Shown here in pieces: positions 1 through 11,889 of a stretch of DNA of 64,000 nt (within the stretch, counting starts at the first letter, position 1; the number at the start of each line of letters is the position of its first letter). The DNA comes from Chlorokybus atmophyticus. Lineage: Eukaryota; Plantae; Mesostigma and Chlorokybus algae. The notes beneath the pieces were generated by a model that saw nothing but the letters and a program-made list of their open reading frames with translations, was not told where the DNA came from and made no database searches. Location of the stretch: contig RHPI01000277.1 in the NCBI GenBank assembly GCA_009103225.1, positions 269,297-333,296 of the forward strand, given 5' to 3'. The position numbers and the translations under genes are program-made.

Positions 1-212
1 GCACCAGCAGGCCTGAGGCCAGCTGCAGGCCGGGCATGCGCAGCCTGGTACAAAGATCGATTAGACAGCAGCACAGCCAATAGCAAATCGCACAGACAAT
101 ACGTGCCAGCAAGCACTTCGTTGCTGCAGTCGCATAGCATGCATAACCCGATGTGGCAGTGTCCCCCACGCATGCACGCCTTGCCCGGCTGAGTGGCATG
201 ATCTAATCAAAC

Positions 213-266
213 CTGCGTGGTAGCGAAGCTGAGAGACGCCGCCGCCTTCGCCGCCGCCGCCATCAT
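213..266 (-). CDS. Possible first exon of an unidentified gene running off the left window edge
   Basis: On the minus strand, ATG ATG GCG GCG GCG GCG AAG GCG... gives MMAAAAKAAASLSFATTQ followed by a GT donor (212-211). It lies head-to-head with CNX2. Downstream exons could not be resolved. Confidence 0.3.
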
Positions 267-714
267 TGGATGGTCAAACAAACTCACTGATGACTGCGAG
301 AAGCAAACCAGCGACACGTATCCACCGCAAACTCGCTGTTGACAGCCAACTCAATGCCAACTGGATTGTAGGGAAACCACAAAGTCGTCACTGCTATTTC
401 TCTTCCGTTTGGTCTCGAAGCGCCGGGCGGCCCCAGCGCAGGTCTTACTGTAGCAACGGACGTCATAGCGTTGCACAGACAGCAATGCAGCCGAAACAAC
501 CGGTGTAAGACCAGTCTGTGTCGTGGTCGTCAACTTGTGTCGTGGTCAAGGCCCTTAGCGACACTTGAGGGCCTTAGCGAGCAGATAATGAGAGCAGGAA
601 GCGCAAATGAGTCCGGCTTCGTATTTAGCGGCTTTTGGGACGACCGTGGAGACAATGAGACACCTTTTTTGGCCATGTTGCAACTAAATCCACTGCACAT
701 AGCCTTGGTCACTT

Positions 715-3112
715 ATGCTGGCGTCAGCAATGCGGGCGGCGGTGGCGGGGAGGGCCCTGGCGAGGGCCACAAAGGTTGGAGCTGGTGTCGCATGGTACAG
801 GACGGTGAGGTCGGTGACGACTGCGTCGCTGGAAAGTGGCGCTCAAGCGCTAGAGGAGGGTGAAGGCAGGTTATTGCATGAACAGCAGCAGCAGCGTCGC
901 CTTCGGGAGCTGGAAGCTGGCACAAGTGGGCGTAGTCCAGCATGGGGAATATATGCTGAGGCAGTAGATATCACCAGCCTTCCGCGCCAAGAATTACGTC
1001 AGCGAGAGGCGCATGCACAATCTCAGGCATGCAGCGATCCAAGCAATGTGGCCTCCTTACAATCCGTAGTCTAGCATCGCTGTAGTGCAACCCTAGACTA
1101 GCCACTGCATCATGCATTAGCTGTTCAAGCGTTGTAAATCACACAGAGGTTCCGTCACGTCTGCAGCGTTGTGATCAGCATTGCCGTTTGCAAGCTTGCT
1201 AGGAGTCAATTGCTCAGCGGAAGCTTGTGTATGGGATCGGTGCTGTAGGGTTTCGGTGTCCATGTTGAAGGGCAGAGTATACTGAATTACATGTACAATT
1301 ATGTAACGTGCATGCAGCCATGTAAGTTCATATCGGTAGAGCGTTCGGCCGTTCTGAGTTGCAGCACATGCAGAAAGTTTCGCTCCAATTTGTTTTGGTT
1401 CTGGCGCTCTTACCAGAAGTGTTGGCGGGGTCATGCATCAGTGGTTGCACATGCAGAAAGTTACGCTCCAATTTTGTCGATCTGGCGCATACGTAACAGA
1501 AGTGTTGGCGGGGTCATGCATGATACCTCTCCTGAATACACTGTGATTGGACTTGTGGGAATGGGATTCAGTCACTGAGGTGGTAAAGAAGTTGAACTCA
1601 TGTGCTGTCTGTTTGTTGCAGGGTTTGGTGAGCGACATGTTGATAGATTCTTTTGGACGTCAGCACAACTACTTGAGAATTAGTCTTACCGAGAAGTGCA
1701 ATCTGCGGTGTAGATACTGCATGCCAGAGGATGGAGTGGATCTAACGGAAAAGTCGCAAACGCTCACAACAGCTGAGGTACTGCGTTGTGGATTGTTGGG
1801 CCTTTTTAAGGTTGCATGCTGAGAGCAATGGCGTTACACAGCAACATGTAGGTTTTGCATGGTGCGCCTGTGCAGTGCCGGCACAAACATCACTGTAATA
1901 GTGTTGCACGCTAACTATCATGTCTGTGTGCGCAGGTGGTGCGAGTGGCGGAGCTCTTTGTGGCAGGGGGTGTAGATAAAATACGGCTTACTGGAGGAGA
2001 GCCAACAGTACGCCGTGACATTGTGGAGATAATGCAACATCTTGGCAGCTTGCCTGGCGTGAAGACGCTTGCCATGACCACAAATGGAATCGCACTTGCC
2101 CGCAAACTGCCTGCTCTGCAAGCTGCAGGTAGTTATGAGTGATTATCAAGCCAAGCATGACACACAAGCTGCAGGGCAGACTTTGCACTAAGCATGTATT
2201 GTCTGCTGCTGCTGCATTGATACTTAGGATTGCTAAATTGCGGCCTAACTGATGGTCTTCCCCGCCTGCAGGCTTGAACTTGTTGAATATAAGCCTTGAC
2301 ACACTAGTTCCAGAAAAGTTCGAGTTTCTCACGCGGCGGAAAGGGCATGACAAAGTGCTGCACGCTATTGACACAGCACTGCAACAGGGCTTCAGCCCGG
2401 TGAAGGTCAACTGCGTTGTGATGCGAGGGTTCAATGATGACGAGATACTGGATTTTGTGGAATTGACTCGACATCAACCAGTCAATGTTAGGTTCATTGA
2501 GTTTATGCCGTTTGACGGCAACGTCTGGCAGGTATGGGTCCAAGCAGTCAACTGCATGAGGTGTTGCATGGACAAGGAATCAGCCCAAATGTGCACTTTG
2601 CCACACTTTGATGTTTTGTGATGGCAACACAGGATCTCCTGTTGGAGCTGTTTATCCGGAGCTGTTATGAAAACAACTCATTGGCCGCAATTCTGCTCAA
2701 CCTCATGCATGTGTTGTGTGTGCAGGCCAACAAGATGGTGCCCTATGCGGAGTTGCTTGCGAAAATTAGGGAGAGACACCCATCCTTGCGCAGACTGAAT
2801 GACCACAAGACAGAGACAGCGAAGAATTTTACAGTAGACAGCTTCCAGGGCAGCGTGTCTTTCATCACATCAATGACAGAGAACTTCTGCAGCGGCTGCA
2901 ACAGGTTGCGTCTGATGGCCGATGGCAATCTGAAGGTGTGCCTGTTCGGTCCTGCTGAAGTAAGTTTGCGAGATGCCATGCGCACTGGTTCCAGTGATGA
3001 TACACTTAGAGGCATCATTGGTGCTGCGGTTAAGCGCAAGAAGGCAGCTCATGCTGGTATGTTTGAGATTGCCAGGACTCAGAACCGACCTATGATTCAC
3101 ATAGGCGGTTGA
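715..3112 (+). CDS. CNX2: GTP 3',8-cyclase (molybdenum cofactor biosynthesis radical-SAM enzyme, MoaA/MOCS1A/CNX2), multi-exon, with mitochondrial-transit-like N-terminus
   Basis: Exons encode [27 protein letters not shown] (CxxxCxxC; 1622-1777), KIRLTGGEP and TTNG (1936-2128), LNISLDTL...[22 protein letters not shown]...VRFIEFMPF (2272-2531), and [10 protein letters not shown]...KVCLF...RPMIHIGG* (2726-3112, with the C-terminal GG). GT..AG borders are visible. The end of exon 1 is uncertain. Confidence 0.95.
1364..1521. repeat. Two-copy ~83-bp tandem duplication in a CNX2 intron
   Basis: gcacatgcagaaagtt...agaagtgttggcggggtcatgcat starts at both 1364 and 1447. Confidence 0.85.
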
Positions 3113-3534
3113 AAGTGTTTATATGTATATGTATCAGTCAGTTACCAAGTGCGTTACTACTACTGCTCTCGCTGTTACCAACAGCTATCTATAGTGTTTG
3201 TCATTGCGGAACCGGTAGCACTACAATGTGTGTTGCGTTGCCTTCTGGCATTGCATCGCACATGGAGCACGCTGCTAGTAACCTTGTGAGTGGCGTATGT
3301 GGTGAGATTGCATACGGATTGCATAAAGCAAACTTGGAAGGCAAGTAAGCAAGTAGCAGTTCACAAGCAAGCATGAGCGCAGATTAGCGTCTGTTGTTTG
3401 GTCTTGACGAAGCGCACCATGTGGCTGTGATCGAGCAATTGGCACAATCGCAAGAGTTATTAAAGTTTTTGCAAGTCATCCAAGACGAGAACCTTTCCAG
3501 ACTAGTGGAAGCAGCTGAATTCTCAGATACTTTC

Positions 3535-3536
3535 AC

Positions 3537-3585
<49 letters not shown>

Positions 3586-3602
3586 TTCACATACACATAC
3601 AT
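3535..3602. repeat. (TACACA)n microsatellite
   Basis: Read directly from the sequence. Confidence 0.95.
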
Positions 3603-3974
3603 ACTATGCAAATAGCGTACATGAATGGCTTGTGCGGAGTATAGTGCGGTTCAGGATATGCACGAGATAGTTGAGGGCATGACACCCACAGCAACATACC
3701 GTACCATACCCCGTATATATATATACCAGCATGCAAGCGCGGTATAATACACCACCACCGGGCTATACACACTGTTTGTTCACACCTACAACACTAAACT
3801 ACTCTAGACCTCCCCTTGCGATAGCCACCATGGCGGTGCAAGCAGCGGCAGCAGTGGCGCGTGGAGGCTTTCCGTCGGCATTAGCACGTAGGCTGCACGC
3901 TGCAGCGGGTGCAACCAATGATGAGCTGAATGCAGCGGTGGCGGCCGCGCCGCTTGCTGCTTGTGGCATTGGGG

Positions 3975-4398
<424 letters not shown>

Positions 4399-4752
4399 TA
4401 TCACACGTTGTACATGATGTACAATCCACGCCAACAACACACATACTTACCTACTACTTCACATGTTCGACCACCAGGCTACCTACCTTATAAACTTTAT
4501 CACTACCCCCACGCTTTTGGTCATGCCACCATGCAAACGCAGTCATTTTACCTGCGCAGCCGTGGCATCATCCCCGACTTCATACATTGGCCAGGACGAC
4601 AATACGACTCCCCTTGCTCCTGAAGCCTCGACCGCTCACAACCCAAAATGCTGCGGCTTTGCGGTCGTATATTCTCGAGGTGCCATTTAGGGTTAGGGTT
4701 TGTTCAGACACAGCATGCAAACGTATGCACATCAATCCCTCATTGTCGCTCT

Positions 4753-4783
<31 letters not shown>

Positions 4784-4879
4784 CGCGAGTGTGCACGGAC
4801 CAAAGGCGGACTCTGCTCTTGTGCTACCAGCGCAGCGTCCGCCTCTCCCGCATTATCCCTCATGCTCACATGAGCATGA

Positions 4880-5342
4880 GAGACATCGTAAAGACGCTAG
4901 TGGTGTTGATATACTGAGCGTGTGCTGCTATGAGGTCAAGCGCTGCGCGTCGAAATTGCAGGCCATCTAGTGGCCATATAGGGTAGAACATTGTTGGACA
5001 CGCTGTGCCATGTGTGCGTGTGTCCGTCTGTGAGTGCGCTGAGCTTGATATTAAATGCGATGTGCAAGCAAGTGACAATAATACCTAACCAAACCCGTGT
5101 AACTGTACAAGTAGTAGTGATGCAGTATTAAGATATTCTGTCATCCAATGATACTACCAAGGTATGGGTGCATGTTATGATGGCGTAAGCGTGAGGGACA
5201 TCGTGGAGACGCTAGTGTTGCTGTGCTGAGCGTGCGCTGGTGGTGTTGCTGTGCTGAGCGTGCGCTATGAGGTCCAGGATGTGCATCAAGAGTGCAAGCC
5301 ACCCAGTGGTTACGGGTGCCGGGTAAAACATTGTTGAAAACT
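4880..5342 (+). repeat. Diverged ~300-bp tandem duplication whose second copy is split by the 14.5-kb transposon and resumes at 19890-20052
   Basis: Copy 1 reads ...cattgttggacacgctgtgccatg...aacccgtgtaa...tcatccaatgatactaccaaggtat (4990-5165). Copy 2 reads ...cattgttgaaaact at 5342, then gtgccatg...aacccgtgtaa...tcatccatatatactaccaaggtat at 19890-20051. Confidence 0.85.
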
Positions 5343-5896
5343 ACGTCACAAATTTTACACGGTGACTGACAAAGGACTAAGGGACTGACTGGTGCCTGAG
5401 CCTGCCTGCCGCTGCCTGAAATGTTACTATTGGACTGTTGGGTTTGCCGTTGGCTTGAGTGGACTAACGCAGACGGCCGCGGGCCGAAAGTGGTTGTCAG
5501 TAGCACTAACCGACCGAGAGTTGTCAACCAATTACCCTTTAGTCGATGTGCACAGACGGCCGTTAGCCGGTAGTTACAGACAACTGACAGCAATAGCCGG
5601 AAGTTTCTTTGCCGTTACACTGCTGTGAATATGTGACCTTTGCCGTTTGACAAAAGTTGGCAATTCTTGCCATAAGCCAACACTAACATGCCATGCAGCT
5701 TGTGCAAACCTTGGACTGATTGTTTGGTCTTGCACCTATAAGCCCACAATATATACACTGTACCGGCAGTGGTGAGAGTATGTCCACTTGCAGCTGAGCA
5801 ATCGACTTGCGCATGAAACTACCCTGTAACATTGAGTCTAGCTGTCGCACTCATGCGCAGCTTGTCAGCCCATGGTGCCTGCCTCAGAACTTCTCC

Positions 5897-6742
5897 TCAA
5901 ACCCCCTCCTCCTGTTCCTCCTCCGACAAGTCTTCAGCTTCAACATCGGAGTCATCTTCATCTACTGCCTCGCTCGCTGACAGTACAGCGGCTACTTCGT
6001 CCTTCAGCTTGAATGTAAGCGCCTCGCCGTGCACGCGCATGCGCTTGATGGTCGCTTTGAGAGTGACCACCTGCATTTGGTAATGCTGTAGGAGTGGCGT
6101 GCTGCCAGAGAACTAGCCCATCAGCATACACATGCTTACCTCGTCTTCCACTCTGTTGCACTCCGCCAGGCAGACAGTCAGCCTGCCGCTCTGCTCTCGG
6201 TTCACTCTGACCAACATGGCAATCTGCAAGCATACTGCTTAATTACCGCTGAAAACCATTAAATAGGTCATGAATACCCGTTCGTGGTACTCCGCAGCTT
6301 CTCCTTTACGACTTGTCAGCTCCCGCAAGCAGAAACAGGCTGTGCATTTGCGAGATTGGTCATGCTGTTCATGTGCATGACACTGGAGGTTGTGCATGAG
6401 GGTGTGCATGTGGTATTGACAGTGTATATCATGTGCAAGATACTTGAGGCTGTGCATGTGCAAGATAAAAGCACCTTAGCATGTGGCATTGACAGTGCAT
6501 CGTAACCCACCTTGGTTATGCAAGTCTTGTTTGGTCCCTTAAATCATGTCGCCGTGGTCGCAGCTGCTGGTGGGTCGGATGTTCTTAGAGGCAGTATTGT
6601 GGTGTGCCTTTGCCCACTCGGAGGGGGAGCCCTGTAAGATATCGCCCGAGTCACTGTTGTCATTGGCTGTGCCCTTGGTAGGCATGGTGGGGTTTGACAC
6701 CAAGGACACCCCTCCGGCACCCTGCCCGCCCTGTGCGAACAT
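5897..6742 (-). CDS. Spliced transposon cargo gene of unknown function with an acidic C-terminal tail; 5' part uncertain
   Basis: Exons joined by GT-AG borders read ...CFCLRELTSRKGEAAEYHER | IAMLVRVNREQSGRLTVCLAECNRVEDE | VVTLKATIKRMRVHGEALTFKLKDEVAAVLSASEAVDEDDSDVEAEDLSEEEQEEGV*. Confidence 0.45.
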
Positions 6743-6929
6743 GGAATTCACCCCGGACCTCGACCACAATGCCCACTACGCCCCTGGCAGCGCCGTCAAC
6801 GATCCACCAAACGCTACATACCCTCGGTATCACGCCCCTGTAAGGGCAAAGCTTGGCGGAGCTATCAATGGTGTTTTTATGCGCAGGCACAGCACTTGTC
6901 AATAGTACGAACTGCCATTGCCACTGTAC

Positions 6930-7059
6930 AAAGGTACCATTTCAATGGTACCTTTTGGCAAAGGCATCTTCGTACCATTGAAACGGTTCAATCAGGATAT
7001 ATATGCAGAGACTCACCCTGGACGTGCAATAGCTCGATTGTACCATAATAATGGTACAA
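6930..7059. promoter_or_regulatory. Cluster of palindromic GTACCAT-N4-ATGGTAC sites in the divergent spacer upstream of the transposase
   Basis: Exact copies lie at 6934-6951 and 7040-7057, with a degenerate copy at 6972-6989. Function is inferred. Confidence 0.5.
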
Positions 7060-7160
7060 CAGAGCCAGTGAATGGCGGCCAAGTTTCCCGCCTTTGGCAT
7101 GCAAGGGTAGCGGTGGCGGTGGCGGTGGCGGCGGCGGCGGCGAGTGTGCGTGTTGCTGGG

Positions 7161-7214
7161 TATGATGCTGGTTACATTGGCGACACCTGTGTCGCCAATG
7201 TAACCAGCATCATA
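7161..7214. other. Perfect 26-bp inverted repeat with a 2-nt loop
   Basis: tatgatgctggttacattggcgacac-ct-gtgtcgccaatgtaaccagcatcata, ending 21 nt before the transposase ATG. Confidence 0.9.
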
Positions 7215-7235
7215 TCCAAACATTAGTAGTGAGAT

Positions 7236-10200
7236 ATGGAAGTCCTTTGTCCGTATTGCCACATGCGCTTCGCCACACGCAGCTCGGTCTACATGCACAT
7301 TGTTAACAGCAGGGTGTGCAAGCAAATCAAGCTATATATCGGCCAGCGTCCATTACAGTACGATGCGGGTCATGTTGAACCGGGGAGTTCGATCCAGGAT
7401 GCGCACATGCTTGATGCTGAAGGATTCCTCTAGGAGACACACACAGAGCAGCAACATGAGGAGGAGGAAGTGAACAAGGGCTTTCAATGTGTGCGTGTGC
7501 CTGAGAAACCTGTGGCACGCCAACATGGAAGTGGAAGCGTCCCTTCGCACGCGTCGGAATCCAGGTGGTATAGCTTGGAGAATGCTCTTGCAGTGGCATT
7601 CGTGCAACAGCGGCTAAGGCATGTCGGCCTCCGACATGGGGCGGATCATCAAGTGCATCCAAAATGCACACTTCCTGACGGAAAGCTCCAGTGGGAGACC
7701 GGTGTGCATGTGGCCAGCTACCTCCGGACCACAATTGCTTTCTCTCAGTCTGAGGTGTGTTCACGGTGTGCGGTGCATGTGCTTCAACCATCAGAGCCAT
7801 GTCACATATGCACATGCGAGTGTGCTGGCGTATTGGGACTGCGTGACGGCTAACCTGCGCAAGCCTGGAGACCCTGAGGATCAGGACATCAGCGTCACAT
7901 ATATGCCGGCCAAGGTCTGTGAAATGCAGTACCTAATGCAGTATCAATGCAGTATCTATTTTGAGGCCAGCATGCCTGTTAATGCTCTTGGTCGGAGCAG
8001 GTATGGCTCACGTGGTTGTATGGCAATCCACATGCCGCTAATGGCTTCAATCTCCAGTACAGTGGTGACGAGCACAGCTTTGGCCATCCTTCCACGGGCG
8101 ATTGGTGGAAGGATGTGGAGGTGGATTTGAGGAGAGAGGTGGGGGAAGCGTGCTACTTGGCGCCTGCCATTCTGTACAGTGACAAGACCACGCTGGACAG
8201 CGCGGGCAAGCGCTCTGGCTACCCTCTGATGGCATTGCTTGCCAACTACAGTTGGGACATGTATGCTAGCAACATGGGGGTTGTTTTGATAGCGCTTCTG
8301 CCGGTGGTTCACGCAGTAGCCGGGCATCCCACCTGGGCGCAGGGCAAGAAATTGTTCTCCATTCAGAAACGTGAGATTTTTCATGACGCTTTCAAATGTA
8401 GTGTTAGGGGATGTGAAGTGGGCTAGTTGGGAAGGTCTACAACTTATCGACCCGAATGGCATCAAGCATCATGTGTTTCCCGCGCTTGCCAACTACATCA
8501 GCGACTTGCAGGTAGTGGGCATGCATGGTTGCAACCGGATGCAGCCTGCCAGCAATCAGTGCATGGAGGATGTTGTCAGCAGAGCATCAAAGTTTGTCAT
8601 GTTGTAGGAGACTGTCGCACTCGCATGCACTGTGTCGGGCAACCAAACACGACATCCTTACGATGTTTGTCTCGTCACAAAATCAGATTTGTTAGAGATG
8701 GATGAAGACCGGGAATTGAGAACCGAGGCCTTCTACACACCAGCAATACGTCAGCGCTGCGGGCGGACCTGCATAGCGGTGTTATAAATGCACACCAGAC
8801 AGCCAAGGCTTTCAAGCAAAACTCCATGTATGTTGAGGAGGTAATGGTCAAGTTACCGGCATTCGTGAGGATGAATGGCTTTCTGTAAAACCAGGCAATG
8901 TGGTTTGGCAACAGAATGCACTGTGGGGTTGGCGACAGTCGCGGGTGCCGGGAGCTGACTGCTACTCTCGTCTTGCCCCTGACGTAATGCATGTGCTGGG
9001 AGGCATCATTGACCACCTGCGTGCTGCTGTGTACGACGCTGCGAAGAAACAAATGTATCCATCCACGAGACAGACTGCAGGCCAGGCACGTGTATGGTGT
9101 TGCTTTTGTGTTGAACACAAAAGCCAACAACACGTGCTTACAAGCAGATGTGCACAGGCTGAATGCATGCAAGGCGACTCTACGGGTTTCGCACTTCAAG
9201 GCACCCACAAGCACAGTAGATTTCTTCCTGTCCGACCACTCCTTTCAGGTGGTGGAGAAAGTGGCGGTGCTGCAGCTGCTGCCGGTCCTTACAGACGGTT
9301 TGCTGCTCGACAACGAGGGCAACGATTTCTTCACCACTGCTGCCGCATCCTTTGCCCAGTGGAACAAGAAGTTGCTCAAGGTACATGATCACATTAGAGA
9401 GACCCTGACCTCAGCCGACAACGAGCTGGCTGCCTTTAAAGCTGCAGTGTTGCATCCGCTACAGTCGTCATATTCTGCACAAATGTCAGGTTGGAAGATT
9501 GACAAGATGCATCAGCTCACTCATTTTGGGCCGGCAATTGTCAGCAATGGACACACAGATTGGTTCAGCGCCAACCGCATGCCAAATTATCAAACGGCGG
9601 GCGCGTAGTGGCAACAACCGGAACTACCGGGCGCGTATCCAAAAGGCATGGAGCTGTGCGGAATATATGAGAGAGGATGGCATGGTCGTGGATCCCGAGA
9701 TGCGCTCGGTCATAGCGCAGGCGCGGCAGCAGTGCTGTAATGTAATGGAGAAGACGGACAAGTTGCTACGGATGGTTGTGCTGACAAGGAGGGAGTCCAG
9801 CCCGTACTGGAGCGGATCTGCGCGTAGCCGCCAAGTCGCCCTGAAGACTCCATTCACCAACAAGCTGCCTGCCACCCTGGACAGCTGGTTGAGGAGGGAA
9901 CAACTGGAGTTGGCCAACGGGTGGCGTGCTTTTCGCGTGGTGAACGGAGGCGCAGCGGTATACATGACATCAGGAGTCAGCATGCCGCGCGCAACTGGGA
10001 TGTTCCATGGGCGGCCTTGGTTCTCTACACTTGAGTTGGAAGGTGATGAGGACGGTGTGAACATAACGTGGTGGGCTCAGGCACTCCTTTTTCTGCGCGT
10101 GGTGGTGTGGGGTGGTAGCGGCGAGCGCGTATGGAAGGAGGTCGTGTTTGTCCGCTGGTACACGAAGCTGGATGTGACGAGCGACACAAAGTGCATCGCT

Positions 10201-10356
10201 CTGGAATGGGAAAAGCGACGAGGGGGTCCACATCTCGATGTCGTGACTCTGTAGCAAGTAAAAAGCATTGTCCAGCTGCTCCCCATGTTTGACATGGACA
10301 GCGCCCGTGTACAAGAGGGCAAGTATTGGGTGAACGTTCACTGCACTTCCACGTGA
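7236..10356 (+). pseudogene. Plavaka-family transposase, disrupted by stops and frameshifts, probably intron-containing
   Basis: N-terminal C2H2-like finger (CPYCHMRFATRSSVYMH). Family motifs: PAILYSDKTTLDSAGKRSGYPLMALLAN, REIFHD, DPNGIKHHVFPALANYISD, LAPDVMHVLGGI, KIDKMHQLTHFGPAIVSNGHTDWFS, RATGMFHGRPWFSTL, VFVRWY and VQLLP...YWVN. These match Plavaka motifs as I remember them. Confidence 0.85.
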
Positions 10357-10559
10357 CACATGTACTTGTCTCACTACTCTAAGTTTGGAGCATATTAGTC
10401 AGTTAGGCATTGCTAATCGTATGCTAAGACTTTTGCATGTGGATGTGTACGATACCGGGCAGCTGTCACTGCACAACTGTCACCACAATCGAATGTGCCA
10501 TGCAACAATCAACAATCAGTACACCGTGTGGCATTAAGCATCAATACAGCGCACCACAC

Positions 10560-11295
10560 TCAAGCCTTATAGTTCCATGACACAGGAGGGTAGTCACAGC
10601 GCATATCCATTGTCTTAAGCATAAGACGCCCTATGCACTCCGCCATTGCGGGAGGAACTGCATTCGCTATGGTATTGGCCGAGGTCATCCATGGCACTCC
10701 CAGCGCTGTTTGCCACGCAGCAATGCCGCCCCTGGTGCTTGGAAGGCCATAGACCGGGTACATTTGCTGTGGCGCGTTTGATGTCACGATTGTCTTTGCG
10801 CTAGCGGACAGGTGCGGCGATAGCAGTCCAATTGCCTTGCTCGCGTGCGAGCAGCGTGCTGGTGGGGTAGCTGCCACTGGCTGTGTCTTAAACAGACGGT
10901 GTTGGAAAGTTGATAGGCCAAACGTCGTGCCACAATGGGACAGATTGGGTCTGAATGAGGAGGCTGCTCCTGGCACATTCTCAATCACAAATTTGACTTG
11001 GCTTGCAAGCAGCAGATGTCGGACAAGCGGTATTATATTCTGGTGTCTCTAGGATGTGCAATGTGCCGCCCGTTAAGGTGCCGGGATAGCACCTGAATAG
11101 GCTTGGCATGGTGGACTGGCCCAGATGAGCTCGTACTCGCTCAGCTCTCCTGCACACACTCAGGGTGCATACATTACGGTGTTTGAAGGGCAGCGGGTAC
11201 TCAGAGGAGGGACTTATGTCCATCCCGACCACGTCAAAGCCTGCGTGGTATCAACTGACACTGCCACCGCCGTAGATTAGGTCGAGTGCCCTTGG
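10560..11295 (-). pseudogene. C5 cytosine DNA methyltransferase of phage/actinobacterial type; 3 stops and 1 frameshift
   Basis: Motif I reads RALDLIYGGGSVS*YHAGFDVVGMDISP..YPLPF. After a frameshift near 11150 come motif IV YELIWASPPCQAYS (Cys codon 11106-11108) and motif VI FVIENVPGA (10974-10982). The ORF continues with HCGTTFGL..QHRLF and ends with ALGVPWMT..IANAVPPAMAECIGRLML. Confidence 0.9.
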
Positions 11296-11810
11296 TCTGC
11301 GTGTGCGTCCAAGCTTGTTGTCAAATGGCGTGTATGTGGTCAAGGCTGGCCGTGGTGCTGGCCAGGGACTAACAATGATGCCGTCCGGGCTTACTTTGCG
11401 ACTGACGTTCTCCCCTCCGGCGCGCAGAACATGGCGTGCCCCGTCAACTGATGTGTACGCGAATACGTTGTGCCCTTTGAAGTTGATGGTTTGTGGTCGA
11501 TCACCGTCATCGAATACTATACGGTGCTGCCCTGCAAAGACATTTTCCATTGCACCATGCATATACGATGCGTCCTCAATCTCGCACGCCACGAAGCGAT
11601 GCTGACCTGACGCTTGCTTGAATGATTCCACAACGCCCGCATACCATTCCCCGTCCAGCGGCCAATGCACCTTGACACTCACACCGATCAGCAGCTCGCA
11701 TCCCAACTTGACTGCGTTTCGCAGCCGATGCAGTGCGCTGTCCAACGGTCGATGGTCTGCCTCCTCTACAGCGGTCAGGGGTTGGAACTGCCCACGCCCA
11801 CACTGTGGAA
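11296..11810 (-). pseudogene. Tudor domain (PDS5/MSH6-like) fused in frame to the N-terminus of the methyltransferase
   Basis: LLIGVSVKVHWPLDGEWYAGVVESFKQAS | GQHRIVFDDGD, with a probable short intron (gtcagc...tttgcag). The reading frame runs without interruption into MTase motif I (ORF 11251..11745). Confidence 0.75.
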
Positions 11811-11889
11811 GACTGCTCTGAATGCGACAACAGCTTCAACATGCATGAAATAAGCATACGCCCAACGTAATATGCAGTGATACGTCGCG

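Noticed and set aside
3113-3620. Possible MoaC/MOCS1B cistron after CNX2, as in bicistronic animal MOCS1
   Set aside because: No MoaC motifs are visible. The short ORF at 3394-3615 is unassignable and runs into a TACACA repeat.
4686-4701. tttagggttagggttt as a telomere or chromosome-healing site
   Set aside because: Only two repeat units; compatible with a telo-box or with chance.
11251-11253. In-frame TGA in MTase motif I as selenocysteine or readthrough
   Set aside because: The position corresponds to a conserved Gly, and the same gene has a frameshift plus TAA and TAG stops, so ordinary decay explains it.
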